Shown here: piece after piece, positions 37,565-45,079 of the stretch
Numbering within the stretch: position 1 is the stretch's first letter
Layout of the letters: the number at the start of each line of letters is the position of its first letter
Source of the DNA: Lenisia limosa
Lineage: Eukaryota > Protista > Breviatea
Assembly (NCBI GenBank): GCA_001655205.1
Contig: LPNZ01008746.1
Coordinates: 1 to 45,079, forward strand
Length of the DNA: 45,079 nucleotides
Direction: 5' to 3'
Program-made: the position numbers and the translations under genes
Notes under the pieces: generated by a model
Told to the model about the DNA's origin: nothing
Database searches by the model: none
The model's input: only the letters and a program-made list of their open reading frames with translations

Positions 37565-40500
37565 ATGAATGAAGGTGGTGTGGTATTTCGCCGAATTCAT
37601 TCTTTTTTATTTGTCTTCATCATATTTTTGGTAACTGATATACTATTTACGCTGCAACAACAGTACATTCTAACAATATAATGGACTTGAACTTTGATAC
37701 ATTTATGTGTGTGCCTTGGCAAATATAAAGATGAATAATAGCACCTTTGCAGCCCTTACTGACTCTGAGTATGCGGTATGCGAGAGGCTAATTCATGAAA
37801 CGGAGCGAAATAGCACCAAAACTATCAAAGAGTTTAGGTAGGAATTAACGGCCTCAATAGAAGGTATGATCATTTTAGCCATACATATAGTACATAACAT
37901 ATAGTATCAGTCCCTAAATAAATGTCACTCGTACGCTAGTATAAACTCATACTGCTCCTTGAATATTTTCTGTGCAACTTCTAAAAATTTAGAATCGCCG
38001 TGGTCACTGCCAAAGTTTGATGGGTGAATAACGTTTGGTATATTGTGCGCTGCAATTTCAATACCTAATAATTGCAATTATAATAATATACTATAATGTC
38101 AATTTATTGTAATTGATGTTCTAGCATCTCCAAGCGACGTAAGAACTACAAATCAACAATTTAATAACATTTTATATATCACAATATATTATTACTATAT
38201 ATCATATGTGTGTATACAATATCCATAATATATACATAATAATATATACATACTATATAGTACAGTATATATTGGACATTACCCTCAGATGTATTAAGCA
38301 AGAGCCAGTTAAACTCATTGTTTAGTCTGTTATCAAAGCGCCAGAAGGATTTCTGGTAGGGTGAGTAATCAAAATGACATTCGAATTGGAAAATTTTGAT
38401 ATCACACCTACGCATCATATTGTTGTAGTTTTGTCAACACTTTAGATTTCTTTGTTTGACACGCTAAACGAACTCTTTGATGAAAGAGTAATCCAAGTAT
38501 GGGAATAGGCGTTACAGGTCTAACAGGAATATCTCAGGAATAATGATAATAGATAACTGTTAATATGGTGAGTATTCACTTTGTCTTAATTTAATAAATG
38601 ATAATTTGCTCGTGATATCAATGAAAGCTTCTTAGACAAATGTAATCATTATTTTAAGTCTTGCTTGAAACAGGAAGTCAAAATTAATGCCATGCCAAAT
38701 ATTGCGCCCGTATCAGTATTTTTTGATTGATTAGGGGAACAGTGTTGTGACTCAAATTGAGAAGCATGAAGAATTGTTAAATGTACGTGTTGGGTTGTGA
38801 AGTGAAGTAATGCTACTTAGCTGTAAATTACCCTTCCTTCTTATATTGACAATTTTGCGAAACTGTTGCCGTGTCAACTGAAAAACTTATGACTGTTCAG
38901 CTTCTTAAAACTACACAGCACTACTACAGCTTCTACTATATCCTTATAGATGTTCAAGTCACACCTGGTTTGATTCTATCAATGCCTGAAAGAGATGGGA
39001 CATTACATTATATAATAGAGAGAATCGTCAATTGCTCTCATACTGCAGACATGATTAACCGACTTGCTTGCCAATATCCAGAAAAGAGATTTATGGCAGT
39101 GTAAGCTTACAACAAATGATTAAGCTGTTATCCTCATTTTATGTTTGTGGTAAGGAAAAACTTATAGCACCATTACATTGTCATTAATGTATTATTTGAG
39201 TATTATTATTGAATCATTTCCTTTTCATCCTCTGAAACTACAGAAAGCCAATACAGAAGCCCTTACCCAATATTGTCCTTCATCCTGGATTCTCGTAAGA
39301 TGGTTTTGGCAAAATTGAAATCCCAGAAACGGTTTTTATAGTTTTTATTAGCACATTACTGTTGCCAACTGCACTTATTTGTATAGTGTTATATCACATC
39401 TTTGTTGATCTGCTATGAATACCTTTATAAATCTACAGAAACTCCCAACACTTCAAGAAGGGAGTGATTGCCGGCATGGCCTCAAAGAACAAAAGAGTAC
39501 GCAATAAAATTTGTAATGGGTTCTTAGTCAATCTATGGGACAGTCGTATAACAAATAATGAATGAGTTGGTGGTTATGACCAAAGGGACATCATCTCAAA
39601 TATTGTATTCGTATCGGTGGCTGTAAAAAAACCGTGTATGTCAAGACAGTCTAATAAAACATTTCAAGTTGAGTTTAACACTTGTCAATTATATTTACAG
39701 ATTGGCATCGTGATGGGTTCAAGAAGGACACATTTGCTTGCTTCAGCCACAAGAATCGGTCAGTCCATGTTCGATTTGAAGAAACTTTTGGTACATCTCC
39801 AATCCATATTTAGGAATCAAGGTGGTGTGCCCCGAATGTGACATCTTCGTTGCAGATACGGGCTTTTACGACTCCAGTTATACACCAATTGCCGCAGCTA
39901 GGGTTATCTTTGGATCTGTAGGGTGAGAGTATGAAGTGATACAGTTTACGTAAAAATGAATGCAGTAATCAATTGCATTTGAAGGGGAAATATATTACTG
40001 AGGAAAGAAAGTTTATGTAGCATACCAATATGGTTTTGTTTCATATCAGTAATGAAATTCTCATTGTTTTAGAGAGTAGATTTTGTTGTTTCAATCACAG
40101 GTTCTACTTCAGCATGTTCACGTATTGGGGGCTGAGAATGTTGTCAAAAAAAATTTAGTGTTGACCTAGGACTTGGTAAATTAATTAGACAATATGACAT
40201 TCTTCATTTTTTTGATATTGTAGTTGCTGTTCAGTATAGAGTGCCCTGTATCTCTTTCAATGGTCCACATAGGCAGCTTCTTGGAGAGTATTTGGTAACC
40301 TCTGATGTAAGCAGCTAAGCTTTTAAACTCCTTTTTCACCTTTAAAGCGGGGGTCCAATTATATTGCGACAACAATGTTTTTTGGAATTTCGCCCGCTTT
40401 TCCGTGGAATATTGTAAAAAATGCACGTTTAAGTCAACTCCAAGAGTATTGGATAACAATATTGTGTCGCTTTCTTGGTATAAACTTTTCCTAAAATATT

Positions 40501-43500
40501 GGTCAAATCGTATAGTTTTCTAGTCAAAAATCATCCATAGAAAGTGCTAAATTCCATTAATTTAGATGGTGATTTCACAAGGTGGTGTAAAACAGACATT
40601 ANNNNNNNNNNNNNNNNNNNNNNNNNNNNNNNNNNNNNNNNNNNNNNNNNNNNNNNNNNNNNNNNNNNNNNNNNNNNNNNNNNNNNNNNNNNNNNNNNNN
40701 NNNNNNNNNNTCGTATAACCTAGGTTACAAAAATTTATTGGACTACAACTTTAACCTTAATTGACATTATATATTCTAACAATTACAGATTTATCATCCT
40801 TATGACCTCTTCAAAAGCATGGTTGGTCTTATGAACTATCAAATTGAATATATACTAATATTTCATCAATTTTCCAGGTGGAACATATTCGGAACAATAC
40901 CTTCACCATAAGCGATCACACTGCAAAGGAGCCGCTGTATCATCTCGAACCAATATCCCCAATTATTGGATTGAATGTATGGTGGATATCTACACTTTCC
41001 CATATGTGCGATATGCTTGTAAACAGTTTTCATAAATAAATCCAGTGATATTTCATGTCACTGACTAAAAAATATTCAGAAGGAATAAACTATCTTCAGA
41101 ATTATTGTTTCAGAATACACTGTTGGCAACTTTTTTTGCCAAAAATTCAACCGAACCTTTTTGCTATCCCTACACCCCACTTGCTGCACCTGGTGAATGT
41201 CTCAGCAACAAACAACTCAATTATTACCGTAGATTGTTAGTAGGATGGTAGTATGAAAAAGATACAAAAGTGGTTTTCAATTAAAAATGATACATTTGTC
41301 AAAGAATTCTCAAGATGACAACTTTAATACATAAATGAAAATGCATTTGTTCTAACCATTTAACAGGAATATTCCTGAACTGTCAACTTTGGCTCCGATT
41401 GATCACGACTACTCCAAATACGTCAACGGTTAGCTGCTGTGAGCAGTTCAATTACGTTATAGTGAGAGTTTCCGAGGAAATTTCAAACGGCAAGAGGTTG
41501 GTAATTCTAGTTTGCAGAAGAGCGCGTTATTGATCTACAGTGAAAGAATAAGTCCTAAATAACACAAGTTAAATAATATAGAAGTCTATTTGTTACTGGC
41601 TAATTCGTTTTAACTCTTTATCATTCTATTTGACGCTGTATTTTAATTATTGAAATTATACCCCCCTTATCCATCTTGTTATGTTTCGTCTTGTTATGTT
41701 TCGTCTTGTTATGTTTCGTCTTGTTATGTTTCGTCTTGTTATGTTTCGTCTTGTTATGTTTCATCTTGTTATGTTTCATCTTGTTATGTTTCATTTTGTT
41801 ATGTTTCATCTTGTTATGTTTCATCTTGTTATGTTTCGTCTTGTTATGTTTCATCTTGTTATGTTTCGNNNNNNNNNNNNNNNNNNNNNNNNNNNNNNNN
41901 NNNNNNNNNNNNNNNNNNNNNNNNNNNNNNNNNNNNNNNNNNNNNNNNNNNNNNNNNNNNNNNNNNNNNNNNNNNNNNNNNNNNNNNCTGTTTCATCTTG
42001 TTATGTTTCATCTTGTTATGTTTGCATTAATCACATCTAAATAACATAAAACCATTCATTAAAAATCACAAACTTCTTCAAGATGTAGGTTGTTGCATGT
42101 TGCAGCAGATTTTGACAGGCATGATAATCCTTTTGAACTTAATAAGTTCTTTCTACGCTATGATGTTTGTGACAAAGTCCGTTTTATTGATCAATCGTAC
42201 CTAACGTAAGAAACGGAATGTTTTGTGTCTTACAGATGATACAGGGGTAACTTCAGACAAACCGAAGATCAGCATTTTGAAATCATCTCAAACCAAACTG
42301 GGGTACTCTATCTTGACGAAATAAAAGAGTCTGATATTGTCACAACATTGTCTTTGGAACTAACCACAGATATTTATGGTGAGTGATCGTTGGTTCATTA
42401 CTAAATATATTTCATATCATTACATACTATATCGAAATAAGATGGAGTAATACCTGCATAGTTAGTATTATATGCTTCTGATATCATCATGCTGGTAAAA
42501 ACTATATCATATTCAATTTACCTTTCTAAATTACAACGAAGAATATTGAAGCTTAAAATATTATTCTCTAAATATTTCTCATTTAGAGGTATTTGACCTG
42601 TAGGTATACATTAAAACTTGTCAAAATTATAAACCAATTCAGATGTACTTGTATTAGAGCCAGGTCAGTGTGAGATGTTTATCAGAGTTTTCAATGTTGA
42701 CCTTGTCATTGCCCACGCATATGTGACCTTTGAGATTCTTCCACTATACGTTGATAAAGTTAGTAATGGTATTGTATTCTGAAAGTTGGTAGTACTTGAA
42801 GAAATAAGTTGTGTGTTTACAGTCACTGTTATTAACTAATCGCTCCTTTTGTTATGATTATCTTCCTTTTAGGGTGAAAACTATTTCAGAGAAATTGCTC
42901 TTGGTACTCTGTGTCTTGTAATTTTTATTGGTATGCTTGAAGTGAAGCTGGGCAATAAAGAAATACCAATTTCTCTAGTATGTTTTCAGCCCAACTTGCC
43001 ATATGCTGTGAAACTCATCCCCTTGAATTTTAACAACAACGCACAGAAAATATGAATTACGCTGAACAATAGTTGTACTATCATACTTTATATGAAAAGG
43101 TTTTGCACTAATTGTCGCAGGTGTGGTGACTTATCAACTGTTTTTGAGTTATAAACAAACCAAGAAAATACACACCACCCAGGTTTGTAACTGTATTCTG
43201 TACCTTCCATTCAAACAATATTATATGATATGCCCGCGGTCCAAAATTAGGTCATTAATTGTTATTGTGAGTTTTAAAGCTGCAGAAACCAAATTTTAGC
43301 TCATTTTTCATACCACCTTCAATTCTGCGTTGTTTTGAGTTTTCAAAGATTTATTTTTTTTCAAGCACAACATTTAGGATGAATTACATGCCTTTTATTT
43401 CGACTAAAAAAGTTTATAAATGACTCAAGTTAATTTTGTGGAATCCAAGGCTAAATAAGCAAGTTGCAGATAAAAATCAAGACTTTCTTGTTAAATTTTT

Positions 43501-45079
43501 ATCACTACCGAAAGGACTTGCCTTCTATGAAAAAACAACGTAAAATTCAAAAAAATCAGTATATTATTAACATCTTTGATAGGTTTCAACTTTTGGGAGT
43601 TTACATAGCGGAAACAATTTTCTATAACTTGTAGCTATCGTTTGGTATATACTTTTCAAGCGAAATGGTCAAGATAAGCTCGAGAAAGTAATTGCCTTGG
43701 TTCCACGAAATTTTCTTGTGTGGTTTATAATATCCCCTAACTTTTTTTAGTTGGAAAATGCATGTAATTTATCTGAAACGTTGTGCGTGAAATTTTTTTT
43801 TTGAAAAACTCAAAACAACGCAGAAATTGAATGTGGTATGAAAACTGGGCTAAACATTGGTTTCTGCAGCTTTAAAACTCAAAATAACAATTAATAACCT
43901 AATTTAGGACCGCGAGCACATATTACTACTGTATGATACAAAGAATTTAGTATACATGTGTTTACCAATCAGAGGCAACTGTCAGCTCCAGTTGAGGAGG
44001 GGTTTACTAATCTTCAAAAAGCTCAAATAGACCTACGTAACCTTGTCAAGGTGAGTAAAAATGCTTTGCTATTACATTCTGTTTTCATTGTGTTTATCAG
44101 TTGATAATTCGGATGTTTTTAGTCCTATCATATGCATTCATTATAGTATTATTACCCTTATTGGCCGAAATGACTGAACACTACAGTACCTCTCAGTATC
44201 AAAGCCAGGTTCGTCCGTCAACCACTCGACGCTAGACACTTTGTACACTAGCCTCCATCGTAGGAAATCGTATTATGAATGGAGCAATCAATTTAGAGTG
44301 TCAGTGTCAGTCAGCATTTATATTTTCTAAACTAATAACACATTTTATGGAGACCAAAGCTTGTAATGCGCTGATATGAAATAAGCGCAGTTGAATAGAA
44401 ATTTCATTTCACCCTATGTATTAATGCTATTACCGTTACAGGGCTATCTAGAGTGGACTCCTTATCAAGAACAGATACAACTGATCTTCTTGGTAGGAAA
44501 CATTGTAAGTTGATTAAAATACTGTATTGTTGGTGGCTCATAGAAACAATTTGAAAACATTTCTCGTTTTGTGATACTTCTAGAATCAAACAAAGAAGCC
44601 CTTTTGTTTCTGGCAGCAGATGACCTCAACTCAAAAGTAGTGGATGTGAAAGTAAGCACTCAATTTGTCCAAAGTTCCTATTTTGATTTTCTCGATTTGT
44701 AGATGATTGTAAGTTGATTAAAATACTGTATTGTTGGTGGCTTATCATTCCATATGACAATATGATATTCCCTACATGATTTTAATTATCTCTTAGTAAA
44801 ATCTCTTTGATGTGCAATAGGAATCTCATCAGGACTACATGACATTTTAATATGTTGTTTAATAGACATCCCAAGTCATAGGCAAATTACAGTTGAACAC
44901 AGTCTCATTTTAATATTTCAGACAGATGACAAGCTATTAGACTCAGAGACCATTGATTATCCTCTTTGGTGGATGCCTTTCTCACCTCATGCTCCTGGGA
45001 ACAGTTTTGAACAGAAAAAAATTAGCATTATCCCGTAATTGGGTAGACTCAGAAGTCCTTATATAGGTGACCATACATA
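37565..45079 (+). CDS. Single-pass receptor-like protein with a BMP/PnrA-type (periplasmic binding protein type 1) ectodomain; cytoplasmic part continues beyond the window
   Basis: In-frame exons give RLACQYPEKRFMAV..PNIVLHPGFSNSQHFKKGVIAGMASKNKR|IGIVMG..|GIKVVCPECDIFVADTGFYD..AAARVIFGSVG|VDFVVSITGSTSACS|LAVQYRVPCISFNGPHRQLLGEYLVTSD|IYHPYDLFKSM|VEHIRNNTF. This is collinear with BMP-family motifs (AG..AG..TKT.KIG; GA...NP...V...W.D; GADV; G...IGY..D; LTS...W..Y). TM IALGTLCLVIFIG|VVTYQLFLSYKQTKK follows. The 5' end is uncertain. Confidence 0.75.
41672..42023. repeat. 15-bp minisatellite (ATGTTTCRTCTTGTT)n, intronic, interrupted by an N gap
   Basis: At least 13 visible units before the gap and 2 after. 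It explains the spurious repeat ORFs at 41621-42044. Confidence 0.95.
43231..43918. mobile_element. ~690-bp non-coding fold-back element with ~220-bp imperfect terminal inverted repeats, inside an intron
   Basis: Left TGCCCGCGGTCCAAAATTAGGTCATTAATTGTTATTGTGAGTTTTAAAGCTGCAGAAACCAA...GTGGAATCCAAGGC (43231-~43451) matches the reverse complement of 43694-43918 (...CCTAATTTAGGACCGCGAGCA). No ORF inside and no clear TSD. Confidence 0.85.
44502..44742 (+). repeat. 37-bp exact direct repeat in two consecutive introns
   Basis: ATTGTAAGTTGATTAAAATACTGTATTGTTGGTGGCT occurs at 44502-44538 and 44706-44742. Confidence 0.9.

Noticed and set aside
41621-42044. ORFs MKHNK.., MFRLV.., LLCFV.., YVSSC..
   Set aside because: These are translations of a 15-bp minisatellite that is open in several frames. 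It is also not a recognised telomere repeat and is internal to an intron.
1-45079. tRNA, rRNA or snRNA genes
   Set aside because: I recognised no T-loop/cloverleaf, rRNA or U-snRNA signature by eye. A covariance-model scan (Infernal/tRNAscan-SE) would be needed to exclude divergent ones.

Overview
This is AT-rich, intron-dense genomic DNA from a microbial eukaryote, with several N gaps. It is not prokaryotic, so most ORF-track entries are exon fragments or noise. Manual splicing (GT..AG, reading-frame continuity) gives about eight genes in almost strictly alternating orientation. In order: PNKP-like phosphatase (-, runs off the left edge), PTAR1-like prenyltransferase-alpha-repeat protein (+), secreted fibrinogen-related protein (-), bacterial-type PepD dipeptidase with 18 introns (+), a ~12.7 kb signal peptide/RCC1-like/Cys-rich/multi-TM gene (-), an IQ-repeat protein (+), a type I membrane protein with an unnamed ectodomain and a PPGR tail (-), and a single-pass receptor with a bacterial BMP/PnrA-like ectodomain (+, runs off the right edge). 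Non-coding highlights are a family of 85-110 bp MITE-like hairpins with apparent 9-bp target-site duplications, a ~690 bp fold-back element in an intron, a perfect 19-bp hairpin between convergent 3' ends, a 15-bp minisatellite, and a donor spectrum rich in GTTGG/GTGGG. I found no rRNA, tRNA or CRISPR. The organism cannot be identified from this window; an anaerobic protist is only an inference from PepD and the donor usage. All family assignments come from motif recognition, not from database searches.
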